Source: Paraspadella gotoi (lineage: Eukaryota > Animalia > Chaetognatha). Taken from it: DNA of 64,000 nucleotides. Under the pieces are notes generated by a model. That model was not told the origin of the DNA. It worked only from the letters and a program-made list of their open reading frames with translations, and made no database searches. The position numbers were made by a program, and so were the translations under genes. The stretch is from positions 26,390,758-26,454,757 of the forward strand of contig CM119263.1 of assembly GCA_051294375.1 (NCBI GenBank). The letters run 5' to 3'. Shown here in pieces: positions 1 to 10,978 of the stretch. The stretch's first letter is position 1. The number at the start of each line of letters is the position of its first letter.

Positions 1-1420
1 GTGGAGTATGCTAATGCCGCGGCGACAATGCCAATAATAAATCCCTCAAGGTTGCCCCAAATCCTGTTCGGGTGGTGGGCGGCGTCGATGGATAACGCTA
101 TCGGACTCGCGTTTCTCTCAACTAAAAAGGAGCTGCTCCGATAATTCTGCAGGTAGCCGCGGCCAAACCAGCGGCCGCTGCGGTAACCGGACCCGGGCTA
201 GTTGGCGGAGGTCCAGTTCCCGGTGGAGTCTCTTGCACGGAAAAGTGAACAAACAAGCTAGCAAATCTAAATGGGATGTGAATTCTGAAGGGCCTTGCGT
301 GCAAACCAAGAGATTGCGGAGCCTTTTCGGAGAAACAAAGCCGTTCACGGAATTGGCAGCAGACTCGATTAGCGAACCAATAAAAAACTGGACCAGCATT
401 ATGCCGGCGGAATTCCGATTGCGAGCGTCGATGCACAAGAACGGCAGGAAATTTGGGCGAAAAACCGAACAGAACATCCGTTTGAAGCCGTGGACAGCCG
501 AAAATCACACGGACCGCACGTTCGGAAGAAACAAAACGGAAACCAAAGGACAAGTCACGGTGGCGACTCGAAGCGGAAGACGGGGAGAGCGGAGCAGGAA
601 GAGGGGGCTGAAGATGCTGAAGAGAGCGAGGAAGAGAATGTGAGGGAAAGAAAACGGGTTAACCGGGTTCGAACGCCGAGACGAGGCGGTTCGCGAGAAG
701 TGCAGTAAAGGCGGGTGACGGTAGCAGCGCAAGGAAAGACGACCAACGGAGAGAATAATTTGGAAAGGGAGAGCGGAGCGCCGGCGAGAGCAATGACAAC
801 GGCAGGGGAGGCGGATGGAGGGATAAAAAAAAGCTGACTGCGAAGATGCAGAAAGCTGACGAGTGTTTGACAGGACGGAGACGGCCACGGAGGAAGGAGC
901 AGGCCACATTCGAAGCCGGCGCCAGAAAGCGTTTGACGGCGCGAAAGAAGAGAATCAGCAGCGACCGAAGAAGAAGAGGAACGTGGAGATCAGCTGCCAA
1001 CAAACGCCTGGCACAACGAAGAGGAAATCGGGAGGGCGGCCGCCACACGAAGCCGCACCAGCCTTACTACTCCACGTCATCAAAGCGCGCTCGCGTCACG
1101 CGCGTTCATGCGCGCCGCCGGCGATCAGCGTCTGGATTTTTGACCGAGCAGGCCCCGCTCCCATGAGCGCGGTGGCTCAAGCGAGCCGGTGCGCAAGCCG
1201 CGTTGACGAAACTGACCTTTCGGCAAGAAGCAAGCGAGAGGTTTCGAGTGGAACGAAAGTTGCCGCCGACGCCGAAGCAAACATTGTTCAGAACAAGGAG
1301 GAAGGTGAGGTCTGGCAGAAACAAGGTCGCGGACATCGAGAAAAGGCGGGCGAGGGCAGCCAAGAGCAATTCGTGCGGTTCAAAGATCTTCCTCGACGAG
1401 AAATGATCTTCCCTTCGATG
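1..1420 (+). pseudogene. Frameshift-riddled inverted copy of the last ~1.33 kb of the gene A terminal exon (likely assembly/read artefact)
   Basis: Fragments such as EGSQEQFVRFKDL, KWDVNSEG and GAEDAEESEEENVRE, scattered over all three + frames, match the intact minus-strand ORF 10979..13426. Confidence 0.85.
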
Positions 1421-4400
1421 AAAACAGAAGAGAGAGAAAAAAGTGCAAAGAAGAGGGAGAGACTCGCAGGCGAATGTCGAACGCGAAAGACTCGCGCGCG
1501 TCGTGCGCGCGGCTTGCGGAAACATCGTTTTCACACACTTTTTGAAGTTTTTTTAACAATGTTTTGTTTACTCCTCAGTTCTTAGCTTAATATTCGTGTG
1601 TATAGAGTCAGTCTCTGCGAATAATATTAAATTTATTAGTTGAACGTCCGTTTGCGCTTTTTTATTTCGCTAGAGCGGCGTAAAAAAAAGGCGAAACAAG
1701 AACAGTTTCGTAAAAATGAGTGGAACCGAAATTATTTTCATCATTACGAAGCGGGCAATCCAACGTTTCTTTTCTTCCACCACGTTCTACTTTAGTTCAC
1801 TCTCTCTCCCTCTCTCCTCTCTCTCCTCTCCTCTATCTCTCTCTCTCCTTCTCTCTCTCTCTCTCCGTCTCTCTTTCTCTTTCTCTCTCTCTTTCTCCTC
1901 TTATTTCTCTTCTGTGCTTGAGTTTCGGGTAAAATAAAATTTAGGAAGAAGGGGAAACCATTAGCTCGCAATTGTTTTTAATACTTTTCTTTCCTCTGTA
2001 CCAATTTATTTTTTCTCTTTATTAAAATGTATATTTTATGTTTTTCCGTCTCTTTCTCTTCTCGTCGTTTCTCTCTCTCGTCTTCTGGCTTCTTTTCTCT
2101 CGTTATCTTCTTCGTCTGATCGGGTAATTTTGGAAGAAGTGGAAACCAGGGTTAGCCCACTCGCGAAGTTTTTAACCGCCTCATCCACTGCTTATTCTCC
2201 GTCATGTATAATCTGTTCCGCTCCCCGTCGCCCTGTTAACCCGCGCCGGGGTCCCGCACCCAACAAACACTTCCCCACCCGCCACGCTGAAACCCTCAAA
2301 CTGGGCCATTTTTTTTACTTCTTCCGATCGCCTGCTGGAAAAGAAAAACTGCATTTGCGATGCAATCCGTGATGTCAACTGTCATGATTATCAGTCTTTA
2401 TTAGTTTTAAGTAGAATGTAGCAAAGGTTATTTAAAAAAATTAAATTTAAAAAATATCTTCGACACTATCTCTACCCAATCTTTCGGCCGCTGAAAGAGA
2501 AAGAAAAACCAGCATGCTCTCTTCGAAAACAACGAATCTTATGCAAAAGTTTTGTTCTGCCTCTCAGTAATTAATAGGATACGTAATAACACTTACCTAT
2601 ATATCCAAAGTCAGAGCGTAGGCACCCCCGAAACTCTTGACCTGATGACCGGTGAAGCGGTAAGCGAGCCGCGGCGGTCACTGCCGCTGAGCGACCGCTT
2701 ACGAGCGCCAAACGCAAACGCCCTCCGCCGCTGCGTCCGTTCGGCCGTCGCGCGTCCTTTCGCCGCCGCTGCGGTGACGATGCCGTCGAAATCCGATATT
2801 TCGTCGAATCCATGGTGGTTGCTGCGTCGCGGTTGACTGGGCGACTTTTTCACGTAATTTACATCCAGAACGACGAAGTGATTACAATACGGTGGCAGAA
2901 TCCGGTGGCTTTAATAAAATGACGAATCAACGCGGTATCCATGGCGACGAACTAATTTATCCTAAAAAAATTATTTTGTTTAAAAATCGAAGGTCGGTTT
3001 CGGTGCACGTCGCTATCAGCAAGCGGAAGTTGGACGCCGGTTTCTTATGGTTGGCTCGTTGCTATGCGATCGAGGTTGGCATCCGTTCCCTGCGTGGGTG
3101 TGGACAGGAAGGAGAGTGGGGGGGGGAGAGAGGACGGTCCAGAGAGCGAGTGAGAGCGAGTGGGCGTGATCGTCTCTTTTTGATGACGATGCAGAGATTG
3201 GAATCGGAGATAAGCAGGAAGCAATGGAAGGGAGAGAGGGGAGCAGAAAGAGACAGAAAGAGAAAGATAGTAAAAAGTAAAGCAAAGATAGGGAACCACC
3301 CGTCGGGTTCAATGGCGTCTTAGTTAAAGCCTGCAGCGGTGTAATTGTGAAATCCCGCGATGTATTTAAAAAGCACGGGTAGCGAAATACGGGGTCGAAT
3401 ATTATTCATAATTATTTTATATTTGGTTGAGAATCGAAGTGAATGACGTCATGGGATGAAGCAGAGGAATCTGATTGGGAAGAAATAGCGAATTCGTTTT
3501 TATGAGAAACTTTTCTATACTAACAGCTCGAATTATTAAATAATATTCTAAAAAAAATACGGAGGAAGATTACGATTTAGAGAAAAAAATTATAAACTGA
3601 AAAGCAGCAAACAAATGATACATGTTTTGATTGTCAAAATTTTTTAGGAATAAAAAACGCAGTTAAATATATTATTAAATGTTTTTATATTGCGATCTTA
3701 TAATTGTCAAACATTTTCTTTCCGGAACCGAAATCAACGGTCCGATGACGCAGATTTGACGCCGGTCTTCACCAGAGCGCCTCGATTTGTCAGCCTACCG
3801 GAGCCAGTCGCCCCGGAGGCAGCCAGTCGCAGATTCCGCCAACCGGAAGCGCACGACGGGAGGCCGACGTCGGGGTGGTCTCCGACCCGCGATGCGCTGC
3901 AATTTGATGATGAAGTCTGATTGCATTTCTCTTTTATCTTTTTTGTCCCCGAATTCTCTGATCCTCAACCCTTCTGTTCTATTCCTCCCCTTTCCTAACC
4001 TTACTTCTCCTTCACCTTCTGATTTTGACTGCCTCATGGAGAGAGAAGAGGAGGAGAGAGAGGAGAAGAGAGAAGAGAGAGAGAGAGAGAGAGAGTGAGG
4101 AGAGAGAGAGAAGAGATAGAGAGATGAGAGAGACAGATCCGAGGCAGAAAATTTTTTTATGAGAGAAATTAGATGGTAACCGCTTGGGGCGTAATTCCAC
4201 GTTAACGCAGAGGTAAGTTTTGGGAAACGCAGGGTGGGTGTCGAGCAGGAGGGAGTGGCGATGATGTGAAAAGGCGTGAGCGATGAAAGAAACGATTACA
4301 AAGTTAAGGGAATGATTGGTTGTTTGGTTCAGGGTGGAATGATCGGCGTCTGGTCAAAATGAAGCTGGCATAAGGAAGTGATTAAAAATTAAGTATTTTG

Positions 4401-4599
4401 GGAAAAAGACGGGCATGGGAAAAAGCAGATAATGGAAAAGACGGGAAATGGCTGGAAAAAGGTGGGTTAAAAGGGAAAATGGAAATGGGGGAAAAGGCGC
4501 GCGTCAGTGAGAAGGACGGGAAATGGGCGGAGAAGGCAGGGTAAAAAAGGAGACGGAATAAATGAAATGGGAGAGAAGAATGGGGGAAGAAGGAAATTG

Positions 4600-4870
4600 T
4601 TTGGAGGAAAGAGAAAAGATTTTGGAATGGAAACAAACAAAGATTTTTGTAGCAAAGAGAAAAGATTTTGGAGGAAAGAAAAAATATTTTGGAGGGAAAC
4701 AAAAAAGATTTATGCGAGGAAACAGAAAAGATTTTGAGGAAACAGCAAAAGAATTTTGGAAGGAAGAGAAAATATTTTGGTAGGAGAAACAGAAAAGATA
4801 TTCGGGAAACGGAACAGATACATTATTCGGAGAGTTGCTTGAGGAAAACAAAAAAGACTTTTCGGAAACA
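4600..4870. repeat. ~20-21 bp minisatellite (ggaggaaacagaaaagatttt-like), left-arm copy
   Basis: Repeated gga(g)gaaa(c/g)a..aaagatttt units, mirrored at 7690-7940. Confidence 0.75.
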
Positions 4871-5990
4871 AAAATTTGGAAAGAGAAAAATTAGAAGAAA
4901 AAAAGATTTTTTTAATTTTCCTCGATATAAAATTCGAAATAAATGAAAATGTTTTTTTTTTATCTCAAACGAGCAAACGTGAAGCGGAAGAGAGGAGGGC
5001 AACTAAAAACACATTAAGAATTCTTTTTTTTTTTCTTATCACTTACGGTAAATTTAGACGACTAATTCGCGTCACTCGCGCTTTGGCGACGCTTTAAAGA
5101 CGCTCACGATTTCTTAATGGACGACGAAGTGAAATAGGCGACGGTGAAAATTTGGGTGAAGCTGGATGTGGGAAGCCGGAATGGAAGAAATCGAGGGTCT
5201 TCATCGAGAGGTTCATTCAAAAAATTGGCCGCCAAAAGGATTTGATCGGATCAAGTTAAATTGAATAAGAGATGTCAAGATGACGTATGATGGTATTTAC
5301 TATAGTTTCGGTACGGTAATTATTAATTTTTTTATATATTCTTTTTATATATTATTTTATATATGTATTTTTTTTAAGCTTTACATACCAGCTACTTATT
5401 TCGTTACTATGATTTAAAATTTTTATCTTCTGACAAATTATTTTATTTGATTATTTTATTTATTATATTTTATTTATTTTATGTATTTTATTATTTTATT
5501 ATTTATTATTTTATTATTCATTATTATTATTATTATATTACTATATATTATTTACTATTATTATTATTATTATTTTTTAACTGTTAAGTCCATTGCGTCA
5601 ATGTTGGTGTTCAGTTTTTTTCTCCAAAAATTGTAATTATTTTTGGTTTGCTACACGTCATTTGGCCCGTTGTGATTTTGTAAAAGCTGAACGTCTTCCT
5701 TTACTTTTTTGTTTTCTTGTTTTGTTTGTTTTGCTTTACTTTATTTTTGGGATGGAAAAAGAATGCCGGCCAGCACAAAAAAATGCAAATTTTGGCCGCC
5801 GAGCTTCGCTACTCGCCGGGCGAATTTTGAAACGACGGCTAAAAAAACAAACCAAACGGCGGGCGCTTGACTTACATCCGGGTTCCCCAGCAGACGAAAA
5901 AGAAAGAAGAAAAGAGAAAGAAGAAAGGAAATCGACTTAGAGAATTCTAGAGATAGAGAGAGAGAGAGAAAGAAACGAGCAGAAGAGAGA

Positions 5991-6029
<39 letters not shown>

Positions 6030-6399
6030 GGAGAGAAGAGAGAGAATACTAATTTCGCCAAAGAAGGATATCGTTGCAAACAAAACGTTCCCAAGAATTA
6101 GCACTTATATGTAATAATCAGTTTAGAAAAGAATATCTTTTTAATGTTGTCTAAATTGCGATACTTAGCTATTATTTTCTTAATGTTTTATTCAGTTTTT
6201 TTTATTACAGTATTTTTATGGATTAATTTTTAAGGTTACAATTCATATGTATATATTATTATATACATATAAATAATGATATATTTCAGTACATATTGTT
6301 TTTCTTTCATTAGTTTTTAAAGGCTTGCCTCCTCTCCTCTCTTCTCCTCTCTCTCTTCTCCTTCGTCTTTTCTCTCTCCTCTCTCTCTCTCTCTCTCTG

Positions 6400-6432
<33 letters not shown>

Positions 6433-6491
6433 TTTCCCGTTACATTTCGGAACGTTTTTTTGCAACGATACTCCTTCTTTTGCGAAATTAG

Positions 6492-6525
<34 letters not shown>

Positions 6526-7079
6526 NNNNNNNNNNNNNNNNNNNNNNNNNNNNNNNNNNNNNNNNNNNNNNNNNNNNNNNNNNNNNNNNNNNNNNNNNNN
6601 NNNNNNNNNNNNNNNNNNNNNNNNNNNNNNNNNNNNNNNNNNNNNNNNNNNNNNNNNNNNNNNNNNNNNNNNNNNNNNNNNNNNNNNNNNNNNNNNNNNN
6701 NNNNNNNNNNNNNNNNNNNNNNNNNNNNNNNNNNGTTTTTTTTTTTAGCCTCGTTTCAAAATTCCCCGCGAGTAGCGAAGTCGGCGGCCAAAATTTGCAT
6801 TTTTTTGCGCCGCAATTCTTTTTTCCATCCCAAAAATAAAGNNNNNNNNNNNNNNNNNNNNNNNNNNNNNNNNNNNNNNNNNNNNNNNNNNNNNNNNNNN
6901 NNNNNNNNNNNNNNNNNNNNNNNNNNNNNNNNNNNNNNNNNNNNNNNAAATTGAAACGTATATGCAAACGCTCGCAGAAAAAAATAATTACAATTTTTGG
7001 AGAAAAAAACTGAACACCAACATTGACCAATGGACTTACAGTTAAAAAATAAATAATAATAATAATAGTAATAATATTA

Positions 7080-7127
<48 letters not shown>

Positions 7128-7363
7128 TAATAAAATAATAAATAATAAAATAATAAAATAAAATAATAAAATAAAATAATTGTCAGAAAGATAAAATTTT
7201 AAATCATATAACGAAATAATAGCTGGTATTAACTTAAAAAAAATACATATATAAAAATAATATATAAAAAGATATATCATAAAAAAAATAATAATTACCA
7301 CCAAAACTTAGTAAATACCATCATACGTCATACTTGACATCTTATTTCATTTAATTGATCCGA

Positions 7364-7556
7364 TCAAATCTTTTGGCGCCAATTTTTGAATGAACCCTCT
7401 CGATGAAGACCCTCGATTTCTTCCATTCCGGTTCCCACATCCAGCTTCACCCAAATTTCACCGTCGCCTATTTCACTTCGTCGTCCATTAAGAAATCGTG
7501 AGCGTCTTTAAAGCGACGCCAAAGCCGCGAGTGACGCGAATAGTCGTTAAATTTAC
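7364..7556 (-). CDS. Candidate terminal coding exon of an unidentified gene (one frameshift)
   Basis: Polypyrimidine tract plus TTAG acceptor at 7557, then a GC-elevated island reading (x)KFNDYSRHSRLWRRFKDAHDFLMDDEV/EIGDGEIWVKLDVGTGMEEIEGLHREGSFKNWRQKI* if one indel is allowed. Mirrored at ~5050-5250. Confidence 0.35.
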
Positions 7557-7689
7557 CTAAAGTGAAAGAAAAAAAAAAGAATTCTTAATGTGTTTTCTAG
7601 TGCCTCCTCTCTTCCCTTCACGTTTGCTCGTTTGAGATAAAAAAAAACATTTTTCATTTATTTCGATTTTTATATCGAGAAAATTAAAA

Positions 7690-7940
7690 ATCTTTTTTAT
7701 TTCCTCCAAAATCTTTTCTGTTTCCTCCGAAATCTTTTCGGTTTCCTCCGAAATCTTTTCTGTTTCCTCCAAAATATTTTCTCTTTCCTCCAAAATTTTT
7801 TCTGTTTCCTCAAAATCTTTTCTGTTTCCTCCAAAATCTTTTTTGTTTCCTCCAAAATATTTTTTCTTTCCTCCAAAATCTTTTCTCTTTCCTACAAAAT
7901 CTTTTTTGTTTCCTCCAAAATCTTTTCTCTTTCCTCCAAA
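7690..7940. repeat. ~20-21 bp minisatellite (aaaatcttttctgtttcctcc)
   Basis: About 12 tandem units of (t)ttcctccaaaatcttttctg-like sequence. Confidence 0.8.
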
Positions 7941-8459
7941 CATTTCCTTTTCCCCATCTTCTCTCCCCTTTCCATTTATTCGTCTCCTTTTTTACCCTGC
8001 CTTCTCCGCCCCATTTCCCGTCCTTCCACTGACCCGCCTTTCCCCCCATTTGCCATCTTTCCCTTTACCCACCTTTTTCCCCATTTCCCGTCTTTTCCAT
8101 TATCTGCCTTTTTTCCCCATCCCGTCTTTTTTTCCCCAAAATACTTAATTTTTAATACTTCCTTAATCCAGCTTCATTTGCCACAACGCCGATCATTCCA
8201 CCCTGAACCAAACAACCAAATCATTCCCTTACTTTGTAATCGTTCTTTCCATCCTCACCCTTTTCACATCATCGCCACTCCCCCTCCTGCCTCGACACCC
8301 ACCCTGCGTTTCCCAAAACTTACCTCTCGTTAACGTGGAATTACGCCCAAGCGGTTACCATCTAATTTCTCTCATAAAAAAATTTTCTGCCTTCGGATCT
8401 GTCTCTCTCTCTGCTCTCTCTCTCTCCTCTCTCTCATCTTCTCTCCGTCTTCTCTCTCT

Positions 8460-8492
<33 letters not shown>

Positions 8493-9560
8493 CAGAAGGC
8501 AGTCAAAATCAGAAGGAAGGAGGTAGGTTAGGAAAGGGGAGGAATAGAACAGAAGGGTGAGGATCAGAGATTTGATTCGGAGGACAAAAATTAAAAGAGA
8601 AATGATCAGACTTCATCTATCAAATTAGCCGGCATCGCGGGTCGAGACCACCCGACGTCGGCCTCCGTCGTGCGCTTCCCGGTGGCGGCTCTGCGACGGC
8701 TGCTCCGGGGCGACTGCTCCGGAGCTGACAAATCGAGGCGCTCTGGTGAAGACGGCGTCATCTGCGTCATCGGACGTTGAATTCGTTCCGGAAAGAAAAT
8801 GTTTGACATTATAATCGCAATATAAAACATTTAATAATATATTTAACTCCGTTTTTTATTAAAAAAATTTGATCAAAACATGTTCATTTGTTTGCTTGCT
8901 TTCCAGATATAATTTTTTTCTCTAAATCTAATCTCTCGCTCTTTTTTTTTAACTATTTATTTAATTCGTACTGTTTAGTATAGAAAAGTTTCTAAAACGA
9001 ATTCCTATTTCTTCCCCAAATCAGATTCCTCTCTTCATCCCATGACGTCATCACTTCGATTCTCAACAAATATAAAATAATTATAATAATTCGACCCGTA
9101 TTTCGCTACCCGTGCTTTTTAAATACATCCGGGATTTCACAATTACATCCCGCAGCTTTAACTAGACGCCATTGAACCGACGGTGGTTCCCTATCTCTTG
9201 CTTTCTTTTTACTTCTCTCTTTCTGTCTCTTTCTGTCTCCCTCTCTCCCTCCATTGCTCTCTTACTCTCCGATTCCAATCTCTGCATCGTCATCAAAAAG
9301 AGACGATCACGCCCACTCGCTCTCACTCGCTCTCCTGGACCGTCTCTCTCTCCCCCCCCCACTCTCCTTCCTGTCCGACAACCACGCGGGAACGGATGCC
9401 AACCTCGATCCATAGCAACGAGCCAACCATAGAAACCGGCGTCCAACTCCCCGTTGCTATAGCGACGGCAACGAAACCGACCTTCGATTTTTAAACAAAA
9501 TAATTTTAGGATAAATTTAGTTCGTCGCCATGGATACCGCGTGATCGTCATTTTATTAAA

Positions 9561-9855
9561 GCCACCGGATGTCTCCACCCGTATGTAATCACTTCGTCGT
9601 TCTGGATGTAAATTAACGTGAAAAAGTCGCCCAGTCAACGCGACGTCAGCAACACCATGGATTACGACGAAAAATCGATTTCGCATCGCCGCAGCGGCGG
9701 CGAAAGACGCAGCGACGGCGAACGACGCAGCGGCGGAGGGCGTTTGCGTTTGGCGCTCGTAGCGGTCGCAGCGGCAGTGACCGCCGCGGCTCGCTTACCG
9801 CTCCCGGTCATAGGTCAAGATTTCGGGGGTGCCTACAGCTCTGACTTTGGATTTG
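9561..9855 (+). CDS. Possible GC-rich internal exon, frame unresolved
   Basis: GC-rich island bounded by ttttattaaag| and |gtaagt. The two arm copies disagree by indels, so no product can be assigned. Confidence 0.2.
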
Positions 9856-10162
9856 GTAAGTTTATTCGTACCTATTAATTACTGAGAGCAGAACAAAACT
9901 TTGCTAGATTCGTTGTTTTCGAAGAGAGCATCTGGTTTTCTTTTCTTTCAGCGGCGAAAGATTGGGTAGAAATAGTTGTCGAAATATTTTTTAAATTATT
10001 TTTGAATAACCTTTGCTACATTTCACTTACTAATAAAGACTGATAATCATGACAGTTGACATACGGATTGCATCGCAACAGTTTTTTTTTCACAGGCGAT
10101 CGAAAGTAAAAAAAAATCATTTGTTCGTCTAAAAACGACGATAAAAAACGAACGAGAAGAAA

Positions 10163-10518
10163 GACGGAAAACATAAAATATACATTGATAAAGAGAAAAA
10201 AATAAATTGACAGAGAAAGAAAAGTATTAAAAACATTGCGAGCTAATGGTTTCCCTTCTTTCCTAAATTTATTTTACCCGAAACTCAAGCACAGAAAGAA
10301 AGAAATAAGAGAGAAAGAAAGAGAGAGAGAGACCCAAGAGAGAGAGAGAGAGAGAGAGACGAGAGAGAGAGAGAGAGACGGAAAACATAAAATATACATT
10401 TATAAAGAGGAAAAAATAAATTGACAGAGAAAGAAAAGTATTAAAAACATTGCGAGCTAATGGTTTCCCTTCTTCCTAAATTTATTTTACCCGAAACTCA
10501 AGCACAGAAGAAGAAATA

Positions 10519-10535
<17 letters not shown>
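10163..10535. repeat. Local direct duplication (~170 bp x2) separated by (GA)n
   Basis: gacggaaaacataaaatatacatt...aaactcaagcacagaa occurs at ~10163 and ~10377. The mirrored left arm has only one copy. Confidence 0.8.
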
Positions 10536-10560
<25 letters not shown>

Positions 10561-10570
10561 GAGAGAGAAG

Positions 10571-10620
<50 letters not shown>

Positions 10621-10978
10621 CTAAAGTAAACGTGGTGAAGAAAGAAACTTGATTGCCCGCTTCGTAATTGATGAAAATAATTTCGGTTCCACTCCATTTT
10701 TAACCGAACTGTTCATTGTTTCGCCTTTCTTTTTACGCCTCTAGCGAAATAAAAAACGCAAACGGACGTCAACTAATAAATTATAATATTATTCGCAGAG
10801 ACTGACTCTATACACACGATTTAAACGCTAAACAAGTAACGGAAAAATTTGTTAAAAACTTCAAAAAGTGTGTGAAACGTGTTCCGCACACGCGCGCACA
10901 CGCGCGCGATCTTTCGCGTCGAATTCCCGTGCCGAGTCTCTCCCTCTTCTTTGCCTTTTTTCTCTCGTCTTCTGTTTC

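Larger units (their letters stand above)
1..6093 (+). repeat. Left arm of a giant inverted duplication (mirror of 6447-12312)
   Basis: Position 1 (gtggagtatgctaatgccgcggcg...) is the reverse complement of ~12290-12312. Colinear reverse-complement matches continue inward (1720-1990 vs 10420-10700; 2550-3330 vs 9150-9900; 5050-5300 vs 7310-7560) to ...gaatactaatttcgcc...aacgttcc at ~6093 vs ggaacgtt...gcgaaattagtattctc at ~6447-6500. The arms differ mainly by single-base indels. Confidence 0.95.

Noticed and set aside
118-1585. Multiple overlapping ORFs as independent genes
   Set aside because: Frameshifted fragments of the inverted copy of the gene A last exon.
6094-6446. Hairpin telomere or sequencing adapter at the palindrome centre
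   Set aside because: The spacer is ordinary AT-rich plus (CT)n sequence. I see no telomeric repeat or clear adapter match.
8175-8230. GWNDRRC reading resembling a C-type lectin WND motif
   Set aside because: The frame stops immediately afterwards, the two arm copies disagree and no other lectin cysteines are visible.
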